A DNA stretch of 64,000 nt from Octopus vulgaris (lineage: Eukaryota): positions 72,230,001-72,294,000 of the forward strand of contig OX597823.1 in assembly GCA_951406725.2 (NCBI GenBank), in the 5' to 3' direction. The position numbers and the translations under genes were made by a program. Below are positions 1-11,705 of the stretch, piece by piece (the stretch's first letter is position 1; every line of letters starts with the position of its first letter). The notes under the pieces were generated by a model. It searched no databases. It saw nothing but the letters and a program-made list of their open reading frames with translations, and was not told the origin of the DNA.

Positions 1-946
1 AAAAAAAGCAAGAAAATTCGGAGGGTGAAAGTTCACAGTAATTTAGTGAGGAAGGATATAAATCAATGAAAACCAAACAATAATGTCCGTTGGTGGGACA
101 GAAAAGAAATTTAGAGGATTTTCGTGATGATTCAAATTTATATATAAATGACAACAAAATGAAAATGTCCGTGAACTTTAATGATGTGCTATCATTAATA
201 AGTACTTTGTTAACTGATGTTTAAGGGGAAAGTAATTTTCATCCAATGTATTATACAAGAAGAAAAGGAATAACCATATGAAAACATGTGAAACTAACTC
301 CCGTTGATATTGATATAATGTCGGCAAGTGTAGCAAGATAAGGGAGGTAACACTGTAAATATTGTAAAGAGTTAAAGAAACTGAACAGGAAAAACCCATT
401 ATAGTGGTTGATGCTGTTCATTTAATTCTATTTTCAAAACCATTGATAGAGTGGCACGAACGTCATCAGTTCACATGTTCTACTCACATATGTTTATTAG
501 TAGAATTCTCTATATTTGAACCATCTAAAGTGATTATTATCAGTTTATAGAACTGATCAGTCATCCAGGAAAAAGATTAAAATTTATGTACTTTTAGTAT
601 TGAACTAATTCACTGCTACGGAGAAATTAATTTAAAGACACTGTTTGGATTCTTAGCAGAAGCAACTTCATCTTACCAACATTCATGAATAGCAATTTTA
701 GCCAAGAAGAAGCCCTCTTCGCGTTTTATCAAACTGCTAGAAATAGGAGCTATATCTCTGATATATCACACTGTACTATACGAAATGATGAAAGAACACT
801 TCAGATTATGTAGTCATACCAAATCCGAAAATGTTGAGATGATCGTAAATGAAATGATTTTGATTACGCCAGCTTAATCAATATTGACTTGGATCTCACA
901 ATATCAAATTATACTCCTTTTGCGTTATTATCTCCCTCCTTATGAT

Positions 947-1019
<73 letters not shown>

Positions 1020-1103
1020 CCCTACAGTAAATATATTTTCTACCTGTAATACATGTAGCCTATTTTATTACGGCTTCATTTATGTTACGCTTATCACTGA
1101 TTG

Positions 1104-1142
<39 letters not shown>

Positions 1143-1145
<3 letters not shown>

Positions 1146-1385
1146 AATGCGTCTGTGTCTTTGCGTTTGAGTTTTCCCCTATCGTCCCTGCTTGACAACC
1201 GGTTTTGCTTTGTTTTCGTCCCCGTAACTTAGTGGTTCGGCAAAAAGAGGCAAATAGGTTAAGTACTATGCTAATAAATAAATAACTATTGGGACTGATT
1301 CATTCGACTAAAAGTTCCTTAAGACGGTGCTCCAGCATAGCCGGAGCCTAACGACTGAATCAGAAAGAAGATAAAGCATAAAAGA
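1143..1385 (+). mobile_element. 3' half of CORE-type tRNA SINE (diverged)
   Basis: Matches the 3' half of the full copies at 8048 and 58895 (cttgacaacc...cccgtaacttag...ggttcggcaaaa...ggtgctccagcat). Confidence 0.75.
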
Positions 1386-2103
1386 CAAAAAGAAAAATAA
1401 GAAATAAGTGGAAATTTTACCAGTGAGTAGAATTATAATTATAAGGCACAAAAAGAAAATGACTCTCTCCAGACACAACAGAATATGCTTCAACACACGA
1501 ACTCATATAAAGAATCTTGCAAACCAAATCCAAAAAAAAAAAAACGAAATGCAAAATGGAACATTTATTATTTAAAAAATAGAGGCAAATCTGTTGGATT
1601 CTAAACTCAGAAAAATGAAGAACCCAAGAAGATGGTGTAGTCAAATGAATGTATTCAACATATGCCTGTCACTTAATATTGTCAAGACAGTACAAGGAAG
1701 AAACTGTTCCGGAAGAATTTGAATTCCACTCCGCACAAATTTGAGGGTACTAGATAATAGTTGAACTGAAAACTATGGAGAATTTCTCCAGTATGGGAAT
1801 AATGTATTTAAGCTAACACTGTTGCTGCCATTTATTATTTAGGGAAAATATCAGCGTCCGCTTCTACATTATTCTTTCTATAACAATGGGTAATTCATGT
1901 ACTGGATTATTATAATTCATGTATTTATTGATACTTGAATTCATATCCTATCACTCGAAAATATAGTAACGTATTGTGATATATATATACGGGAGGTAAC
2001 TCTTCAAGAGATTTTTCTCCCTTCAATCTATATTTGACTTATGATTTTGTTTCTTGAGAAAGTACTAAATAAAATATACTTATATTTAGACAGCATGTTA
2101 ATT

Positions 2104-2420
2104 ACGGTAATATCACATTTTTACGAGGACCGGCTTTACAAGACCCGTCTTTACGAGTTTTAGTTTATGATAAATTTTTCAAGCACAAGATACAAATTTT
2201 TGAACGAAGTGCAAAATTTTCTCGTACCATAACAAATGCTTCTGCGTGTTACCAAGAAATTTACAGAGAGCGAAAAATAGCTTCTTCTTAGCAAACGATT
2301 CTAGATTTGTTTTTCAGAAAGAAATCTACAAGTCCGTCTACGAGAGCTTGTGAATCGGCAATCACATCTACAGTGATGATGTGCGCGAGTCTTGTGCGAG
2401 TGAAAGTTATTCAGAAAACG

Positions 2421-2481
<61 letters not shown>

Positions 2482-2489
2482 TAATAATA

Positions 2490-2537
<48 letters not shown>

Positions 2538-2794
2538 GTGATGATGATAATAATTTTTATTATAAATGATGCTGACATTCTTTTTACTTTACATAAAATA
2601 TTCCTTATATTCTACTGTTGTTTTATTGACATTTATTTACAAGTATTATATATTTTATAGGTGAACTATTTTTTCTTGGAACGAATTACGATTTATAACA
2701 TTGCTACTATGGGAAATTATTGCTCTGCTTTACGAGCTTTCATTGTACGAACGACCTCCGGGAACGAATTAACTCGTATATCGGGGAATTATTG
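2104..2794. mobile_element. Degenerate pogo/Tigger-like MITE with internal (AAT)n/(GAT)n
   Basis: Imperfect terminal inverted repeats (tacggtaat...ttacgag vs ctcgtatat...attattgta) with TA flanks; reiterated ttacgag subterminal motifs. Confidence 0.35.
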
Positions 2795-3324
2795 TATATT
2801 GATTTTTGACTGTTAGTGACTTTCAGTTTCTCAAGCCATGATTTGTCACAACCGTGTGAGCTTCTTTAGCTTCCTTTGATGCAGCACAATCAACAATAAA
2901 GCAGGATTATTTCATGCCGATTAATAGGCTCGCTAGACAAACGGATACTGGAATTATAACCTTGATTGTGAAGAAAGTAATAAATTGGATAAACTGATGT
3001 TCATGACTTCTGAACTACATTAGTTATCTAAATGTTTCTTGTTATAATCTACGATGTATCGAAAGTACATTGAGACTTAGTTATGGCTCTTATTTCCTGT
3101 TATATTCTACTGCCTGCCGTTATCTTCGTTTGTATGATTCTGGTATCGACGTACTAAAAATCAATCAGGTAAATTGACTACAAAAATCAAACGATAAACG
3201 TCGCCCTTTTCAAGCCTAACCAGGCTCATGGGCCCGGTTTCCCGGTTTCTCTGGCGTATGTGTCCCCCCCCCAGCTGGTATATTTCCTCAAATCGTGCCT
3301 CAGTCACAGACAAATCTTATATAC

Positions 3325-3608
3325 TCTTTTATTCTTTTATTCTTTTAATTGTTTCAATCACCTGACTGCGGCTATGCTGGAGCACCGCCTTTAGTCGAGC
3401 AAATCGACCCCAGGAATTATTCTTTGTAAGCCTAGTAATTATTCTGTCGGTCTGTTTTGCTAAGTTACGGGGAGGTAAACACACCAGCATCGGTTGTCAA
3501 GCGACGTTGGCGGGGACAAGCACACACACTCACAAAAACACACACATGCACGCACACGCGCGCACGCACGCACACACACACACACAAACACACACACACA
3601 AACACACA

Positions 3609-3666
<58 letters not shown>

Positions 3667-3758
3667 CGACGGTCTTCTTTTCAGTTTCCCTCTACCAAAT
3701 TCACTCACAAGGCTTTGGTCGGCCCGAGGTTAAAGTAGAAGACACTTGCCCAAGGTAT
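3325..3758 (-). mobile_element. CORE-type SINE, 5'-truncated, internal (CA)n
   Basis: Reverse complement of the 8048-8455 family from ccttgggcaagtgtctt to the taaaaga tail. Confidence 0.85.
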
Positions 3759-4138
3759 CCTCTCTATTTTCTTTCTTGATGTGTTTTGCACCCTGACGAA
3801 ATATCTTTCAGATTCAGCTACACATAATATAATATATTCATTTCTTTCGAGTACCTTCCTCCTCACATTTCTTTTCTATATTAATCTCGTATTTTTCTTG
3901 ATGATTTCCTTCTGTTGTCATTTATTATCGCTTCTTAGTCTAATTATATTCACTCCCTACTGCCTTGCTGGTGCAGCTAAGCATTTTGCCCGGCGAGATA
4001 ACTATTCCACACATTCGCCGCATTCAGTATGCTAAATGTCGTCCACAAAAAAAATCTAGTGTTCAAAGGGAGACCACTCTATCAAATGTTATGCAGAGTT
4101 GAGAAACCTGGAAAAGCTTGATGCGGAAGTCACCTTAA

Positions 4139-4359
4139 CCCTTTCGCATTCAAACCGGCCATATCTGGCCAAAATATATAACCTGTTTTATATTGAAACT
4201 GACCAGATCTCACCTTTCACCTCAGCCCTACCATGTCGTTCTGAAACTAAAAAATGACATCACTGAAATCTCTAAACTACAAGATAATGCATGATTAATT
4301 CAAACCATTTTAAACAACCAAACATTCACGTTTGACAGAGTAATCTGAACACTAAAGGG
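4139..4359. mobile_element. piggyBac-like MITE, 221 bp
   Basis: TTAA on both sides (4135-4138, 4360-4363); termini CCCTTTCGCATTCA and TGAACACTAAAGGG are imperfect inverted repeats. Confidence 0.75.
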
Positions 4360-4860
4360 TTAAACTATGTCTTGGTCCACCCTGATGTTATTTTTATTTC
4401 ACCAATGATACAAATATCGAATGTCTTAAAAGTTATCACTTCGCATGTTTTTTTTGTTTTTTTTTCATATATAGTAATCAATATGTTGGAACAAATTAAA
4501 TTCATTGTTAGCATTATTAAAAATACAATTTGTATCAAACAAAATTTCTTGACTAGTTGACGAAGAAAATGATAAATACCGACAGTTTGATTTAGAGATA
4601 AGATTTCGAATAAAGGGTGAAAGTATCTACATAGCCATTCGATTGAATAGAATTAACAGCTATTTCACCTGTATATCATAACGTATTCTAAAAATAAGGG
4701 GGTGGAAACATTACCAAATAAGGTCTAGCTAAATGTATGAGCTAGTCACGTTTGACTATATATGTGTGTGCGTGTGCGTGTGTGTTTGTGTATTTATATA
4801 TATATGTACATATGTATGTACATATATATATATATGTGTGTGTGTATGTATGTATATATA

Positions 4861-4968
<108 letters not shown>

Positions 4969-5146
4969 TAATAAAGGGTTAAATGCAACAAGTTGCTCAA
5001 AACCACATACCGAAAATATTAGAAATAGCAGCCAAAATTGGTCAGTATTTCCTCTACTAGTAAAAAGTCTCCACAAACAAACAGAATTTGTAAGCTGTAT
5101 ATGGCAAAAAAAGGCAGAAAATAACGAAAACCCAGCCTCTGGATTA

Positions 5147-5204
5147 ATTATAGACGACTCGTTTCTGGATTAGAACCGAAGGTTCATTTCCTTGTCAATA
5201 TAAT
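5147..5204 (-). ncRNA. Type I hammerhead-like fold, variant core (mirror of 6110-6167)
   Basis: Reverse complement of 6110-6167. Confidence 0.6.
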
Positions 5205-6109
5205 ATTTCCTATAGATCTAGAAATGCTAGGGGAAAAAAACTTACCCGTTACACCAGTACGATCTGCTATATCGGACGGCTTAACGGAACTGCTAGCATT
5301 CGTACATCTATACCGACATGCGAATTCATATTTCCCTCCAAAATCTACCACGTGAGCCACAAAAACATTACCAACGAAACGAAAAATTCGGAGATAACTT
5401 GTAAGGGAGCAAAAGTATTCAATATTCAATAAAGGGTGGAATATAATTAATTTAATAAAATTAATCAATTTCACCTAGTAGATTTGTCGGTATGGAAAAG
5501 ACCATATTTGGTAAGGGTTATAATAATTATAATAAAGGGTTAAATGCAACAAGTTGCTCAAAACCACATACCGAAAATATTAGAAATAGCAGCCAAAATT
5601 GGTCAGTATTTCCTCTACTAGGTTTTCGTTATTTTCTGGCTTTTTTTGCCATATACAGCTTACAAATTCTGTTTGTTTGTGGAGACTTTTTACTAGTAGA
5701 GGAAATACTGACCAATTTTGGCTGCTATTTCTAATATTTACGGTATGTGGTTTTGAGCAACTTGTTGCATTTAACCCTTTATTATAATTATTATAACCCT
5801 TACCAAATATGGTCTTTTCCATACCGACAAATCTACTAGGTGAAATTGATTAATTTTATTAAATTAATTATATTCCACCCTTTATTGAATATTGAATACT
5901 TTTGCTCCCTTACAAGTTATCTCCGAATTTTTCGATTCGTTGGTAATGTTTTTGTGGCTCACGTGGTAGATTTTGGAGGGAAATATGAATTCGCATGTCG
6001 GTATAGATGTACGAATGCTAGCAGTTCCGTTAAGCCGTCCGATATAGCAGATCGTACTGGTGTAACGGGTAAGTTTTTTTCCCCTAGCATTTCTAGATCT
6101 ATAGGAAAT

Positions 6110-6167
6110 ATTATATTGACAAGGAAATGAACCTTCGGTTCTAATCCAGAAACGAGTCGTCTATAAT
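6110..6167 (+). ncRNA. Type I hammerhead-like fold, variant core UUGACAA
   Basis: Stem I ATTATA/TATAAT; core TTGACAA; stem II GGA..GAAC(CTTCG)GTTC..TCC; A-GAAA; stem III ACGA(G)TCGT; GUC site ending 6161. Confidence 0.6.
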
Positions 6168-6451
6168 TAATCCAGAGGCTGGGTTTTCGTTATTTTCTGC
6201 CTTTTTTTGCCATATACAGCTTACAAATTCTGTTTGTTTGTGGAGACTTTTTACTAGTAGAGGAAATACTGACCAATTTTGGCTGCTATTTCTAATATTT
6301 TCGGTATGTGGTTTTGAGCAACTTGTTGCATTTAACCCTTTATTATAATTATTATAACCCTTACCAAATATGGTCTTTTCCATACCGACAAATCTACTAG
6401 GTGAAATTGATTAATTTTATTAAATTAATTATATTCCACCCTTTATTGAAT

Positions 6452-6502
<51 letters not shown>

Positions 6503-6650
6503 CAAAAATTTACAAAAAAAAAAACAAAACAAAAGACGAACACGGGTGTATAAACAACAAACAGATGTATTAGTTTAACGCTCGAGAAGTGAGAAAGCCT
6601 TATACATACATACATACATACATACATACATACATACATACATACATACA

Positions 6651-6715
<65 letters not shown>

Positions 6716-6730
6716 TTATATATATTCGTT

Positions 6731-6960
6731 TATTCTTTTATTCTTTTAATTGTTTCAGTCATTTGACTGCGGCCATGCTGGAGCACCACCTCAAAGGGTT
6801 TTAGTCGAAGAAATCGTCCCCCGAACATATTCTCTTGTAAGCCTAGTCCTTATTTTATCGGGTTGTTTTTTCCGAACCGTTTAGTTACTGGGACATAAAC
6901 ACACCAGCATCGGTTGTCAAACGATGGCATGAGAGACAAACTCAGACACACGCATATAAA
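6731..6960 (-). mobile_element. CORE-type SINE 3' half
   Basis: Reverse complement of the tail of the 8048 family. Confidence 0.8.
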
Positions 6961-7233
6961 TACACACACAGACACGTTCGTGGGCAAGTGAAGAAAATCA
7001 TTGGTCAGAAAAAAATAGGCGCTCTTATATTTGTGCATAGAGAAGGTGTGATAATCAAAGTATGCAGTATGATAGATCCATTACAGCCGATCTTATCACT
7101 TCATCCATACTAGCCGTCTCTGATAAGTACAGTTATTAGATACCGGTGGAAGCCAATTAGTAACATTGACTGTATTGTTTCTATAACACTGTAAACTTCT
7201 CTCTCTCTCCCTCCCTCTCTCTCTCCCTCTTTA

Positions 7234-7290
<57 letters not shown>

Positions 7291-7433
7291 GTGTGTGTGC
7301 GTTTGTATGTATCTACGTATGTGTGAGTGTGATTACGTATATGTGTGTGCATGAAAATATCTACGGAGATATGTATGTATATATCGATCTCTCCCTGTAT
7401 CTATCTATATATCTATCTATCTATCTATCTATG

Positions 7434-7488
<55 letters not shown>

Positions 7489-8047
7489 TTGTCTGTCTGT
7501 CTGTTTGTCTCTCTTCCTATCTCTCTCTCTCTCATTCTCTCACCTCTCTCTCTCAGTCTCTCCCCTAGCTCTCCTCCTCTCTCCTCCTCTCTCTCTATAA
7601 ATATTTGTGCCTATGTGTGTATATATACATGTATGCGTACCAGCATATACGCATACATACACATGTGTGTATGTGTGTGTGCAAAAGTATACGAGAGCCT
7701 TCACTTACAAGCCTGTAGGTCTTGGTAGTAAATACTTAGCTTATTCTTTTACACACGAATGTATTTGAGAAGAAACCATATTTAACTAAGCGAGATATCG
7801 AGGATGTAAGCTAAAACGTGCCGTGCTATCCAGGAATCGAAACCAAAACCTAATGATCATGAGGGGAAGCACGAAAGATGTACAACAAAGGCACTGCAAG
7901 TATAAAATATTCACATATAACGGTTTGTGAGAGAAGTAGAGCAGGTTTGAGAACGGCATGGAAAAGGTGGTAGACTGCAACGAAAAGACCTTTACGAAGC
8001 AACTGGTTGATTGATGAAATAATCAATTAATTAGTTAACTAGTTAAC

Positions 8048-8455
8048 GTAGGAGAGGCTGTGTAGTAAGTAGCTTGCTTACCAGCCACATGGTTCCGGGT
8101 TCAGTCCCACTGCGTGGCACCTTGGGCAAGTGTCTTCGACTATAGCATCGGGCCGACCAAAGCCTTGTGAGTGGATTTGGTACACCGAAACTGAAAGAAG
8201 CCCGTCGTATATATATATATTTGTGTGCGTGTGTATGTGTATATATGTTTTTGTGTCTGTGTTTGTCTCCCCCAACATCGCTTGACAACCGATGCTGGTG
8301 TGTTTGCGTCCCCGTAACTTAGCGGTTCGGCAAAAGAGACCGATTGAATAAATACTAGGCTTACAAAGCATAAGTCCTGGGGTCGATTTGCTCGACTAAA
8401 GGCGGTGCTCCAGCATGGCCACAGTCAAATGACTGAAACAAGTAAAAGAGTAAAA
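8048..8455 (+). mobile_element. Full-length CORE-type tRNA-derived SINE
   Basis: Head with A-box-like ggctgtgtagtaag and B-box-like gggttcagtccc; CORE-like gtggcaccttgggcaagtgtctt; internal TA/TG tract; taaaagag tail; many copies in the window. Confidence 0.85.
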
Positions 8456-9461
8456 AAAAAGAGTGATAATAATGAATACAGTATGTGCGCGTGTTTTGTT
8501 GGCAAAACTTCTATCCAGGTTACAAGAACGTGCGCGTACGCACGCACCATTTTCATTTCACACAGGTTTACAGTACAAATTAATCAAATAGTGAAATTGA
8601 CTGAAATGATCGTGTCCATTATACTCTCAGAAATTGGTCTTCCATTTGTAGCTGTTTCAATTATACTTACAGTCTATTGAACAAGGAGACACATCCTCAT
8701 CACATCTCATTCTCTGAAATTATCAGACCTTATTAAAAAAATTTGTTTGTTTTTTAATTACTTTTGCTGTCTGAGAAAATATGTGGAAATTTGAAGGAAG
8801 CAATCAGTTACGAATTTGTTGACAGGTATTTCTCACAAATCGAAATAAAAAGCAATAATAATAATAATGAGTAAGTGGATATCGAGACAAAATGCACAAT
8901 AGTTTCATGGGAGAAAATTTTACGAAGATAATTAATTGGCAGAAAATTAAACAATCTTCCATTGATTGACCGTGGGATTTCTCTTTCAGTTGTTATATCC
9001 AATGAAGCTATAGTTAGAATGCAAATGATAATAAAATGTAGGTAATTGAATATTTGATTGAAAAAGCAGGTAAAAAGAAAGAAAGCTACGTGGAAATCTC
9101 AATGGATTATATTTAAGGTACGGTGTTGTACAGTATTGGCATATTGATTTCATCAAACCTTATATTTTAAGAAGAAGACTAGTAGTATCTTTTGTGAATT
9201 TTACATGAAGTACGAAACTTGAGAGAATAAACAGAGCTGTGAGGTTAAGAAATTTGCTTCGCGATCATGAGGTATTGGGTTTAGGTCCTTTGTGTGGAAC
9301 ATTGAGCGAATGACATCAACGGTTGCCTCGAGTCGAGCAAAAGCCTTGTGAGGGAAAGTTGATACACGAAAACTGTGCGGAAGCCCGTCGAAGTGATTGT
9401 CCCTGTTATTTCATGACGGAGACAATGTTACCCCATTTAGCACTATCACCTGACTTTAGAT

Positions 9462-9697
9462 ACCTATTTCTTTTACTACCCACAAGGGGCTAAACACAGA
9501 GAGGACAAACAAGGACAGACAAACGGATTAAGTCGATTATATCGATCCCAGTGCGTAACTGGTACTTAATTTATCGATCCCGAAAGGATGAAACGCAAAG
9601 TCAACCTCGGCGGAATTTGAACTCAGAATGTAACGGCAGACGAAATACGGCTACGCATTTCGCCTGGCATCCTAACGTTTCTGCCAGCTCACCACCT
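9462..9697 (-). mobile_element. tRNA-derived SINE, second family (Meta-domain-like centre)
   Basis: Reverse complement of 15043-15272; flanked by repeated tagatacct (TSD-like). Confidence 0.85.
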
Positions 9698-10399
9698 AGA
9701 TACCTTTAGCGGATTACCATCTATTGCAAACTTTCTAGTCACTTCTTTGATTTGAAGAAAACTTTATCAGTTCTACCTGTCAGCAGACCCAGAATCACTG
9801 AAAGTGAGAACGAGCGCAAGCTTTCCCTTCACAAAATAAATTTTTGAAACAAATGATATCCAAGAGAAGGCAAAATGTTTTAAACCGGAATCTAATCGCT
9901 AACTTGCTCAGGAGAAGTTTACTTTTGGCTATACAGCGTTCTTTCATCTTTTATATCTGTTAGAATCTCTACGACGATATCATCATATATTTCTCAATCG
10001 AGCTTTCAGTCTTTATTTCTTCCACTACATCGTATTTCCTTCGCTATAGTAATATCTCTTGTACTTCAGCAATATCTTTTGTATAACGTTATCTTTTTAT
10101 CATCACGCATCCCAAATCATCGTCTTAGTTATCACGGCATGTACATTATTATCATTTACTTCACAACGTTATCTTAATCTTTTACAGTGTTATTTCCTCT
10201 ACAATTATCTTCCTTTTTCAATTCTGAAGAATATTCTCTTGTTTTCGTTATTTGTTTCTGACACAATATTTAGAAAGATGTACAGTAGATTACACAAAAC
10301 TTAGTAAATCACTGGCACATGTTTTACTGAAGCGTGGTGCAGGAAAACCAAATTTTAAACAGATGGAGATTGAACTCACAAGAACAAGAACGTATTTAT

Positions 10400-10785
10400 G
10401 GATGGAAGCACTCCGTCGGTTACGACGACGAGGGTTCCGGTTGATCCGATCAACGGAACAGCCTGCTCGTGAAATTAACGTGTAAGTGGCTGAGCACTCC
10501 ACAGACACATGTACTCTTAACGTGGTTCTCGGGGATATTCAGCGTGACACGGAGAGTGACAAGGCCGGCCCTTTGAAATACAGGTACAACAGAAACAGGA
10601 AGTAAGAGTGAGAGAAAGTTGTGGTGAAAGAGTGCAGCAGGGATCACCACCATCCCTGCGGAGCCTCGTGGAGCTTTAGGTGTTTTCACTCAATAAACAC
10701 TCACAACGCCCGGTCTGGGAATCGAAACCGCGATCCTACGACCGCGAGTCCGCTGCCCTAACCACTGGGCCATTGCGCCTCCACT
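10400..10785 (-). mobile_element. tRNA-derived SINE, third family
   Basis: Minus-strand head ggaggcgcaatggcccagtggttagggcagcggactcgcggtcgtaggatcgcggtttcgattccc has A and B boxes; TSD ACGTATTTAT at 10390-10399 and 10786-10795. Confidence 0.8.
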
Positions 10786-10800
10786 ACGTATTTATATATT

Positions 10801-11016
10801 GGTCTCAAATGTTGGCACAAAGCAAGGAATTTCGGGGTAGGGGGTTAGTTGATTACATCGACCTCAGTACTCAACTGGTATCTATTTTACCGACTCCGAA
10901 AGGATGAAAGGCAAACTCGACCTTGGCGGAATTTGAACGTAGATCATAAAGACGGATGAAATGTCGTTAATCATTTTGCCCGTCGTGCTAACGGTTCTGC
11001 CAGCTCGCCTCCTTAA
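10801..11016 (-). mobile_element. tRNA-derived SINE, second family
   Basis: Same family as 15043; 15-bp TSD ACGTATTTATATATT at 10786-10800 and 11017-11031. Confidence 0.85.
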
Positions 11017-11323
11017 ACGTATTTATATATTCAGTGGTTATCTTTTATTTTGCTGGCGTCGAAAGATGCAATAATAGCAGCTTCTGACTCTGCACTAGAC
11101 CATTTCTTAGATGACATGGCAGAATCAATTGATATCAGCACGTACATGGAATTTATTTATTTTAGCTATAAGTACGGCAATCCAAAGTTAATTGAGCCAA
11201 TAACTAAGAGATCTAAATAAGTTACTAGTTGGACTCAAATTTGTGGATAATTTACTTAATATAGGGACAATATGTTTAGCTTTGTACTCTACTATCGTAA
11301 CAATTATTGGAATAGCATATAAT

Positions 11324-11705
11324 CTAACAGTACCCGTGAAAATGCGACGGTTATCCTGAAAACTGTTGGGTGGTTGGTGATTTATAGGAAACTATGAAAG
11401 GCATATTATGTTGTGTCTGGGGAGAGTCATTTTCTTTTTGTGCTTTATAATTTAACACACTCACCAGTAAAATTTCCACTTATTTCTTATTTTTATTTTC
11501 CTAAAAATTTTCGTTGCGTCTTGCAACCTTTTCAATAAAGACTATTTTAGGAAAATAAAAATAAAAAATAAGTGGCAATTTTACCGTTGAGTGTGTTAAA
11601 TTATAAGGCACAAAAAGAAAATGACTCTCCTCAGACACAACAGAATATGCTTCAACACACGAACTCACATAAAGAATCTTGCAAACCAAATCTAAAAACG
11701 AAACA
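11324..11705. repeat. Dispersed repeat with ~105-bp inverted arms; possible non-autonomous Helitron end
   Basis: 11401-11507 is the reverse complement of 11545-11650; the same family occurs at ~1390-1550. The minus-strand end shows a CCGT..ACGG hairpin then GTACTGTTAG (degenerate CTAG). Confidence 0.55.

Noticed and set aside
425-475. Minus-strand CTGATGA...GAAAA
   Set aside because: No stem I or stem III pairing.
1843-1889. Small AG...GT-bounded exon candidate
   Set aside because: Splice-like signals only; no recognisable protein or partner exons.
5184-6383. Duplicated 96-aa and 80-aa ORFs in unit A
   Set aside because: Identity comes from the inverted duplication; no recognisable domain and no equivalent ORF in units B or C.
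8566-8680. Acceptor-like site followed by a hydrophobic frame
   Set aside because: Short, no homology recognisable; chance is likely in AT-rich DNA.
10705-10785. tRNA gene
   Set aside because: It is the tRNA-derived head of a SINE with body and TSD, lacking a proper acceptor stem.
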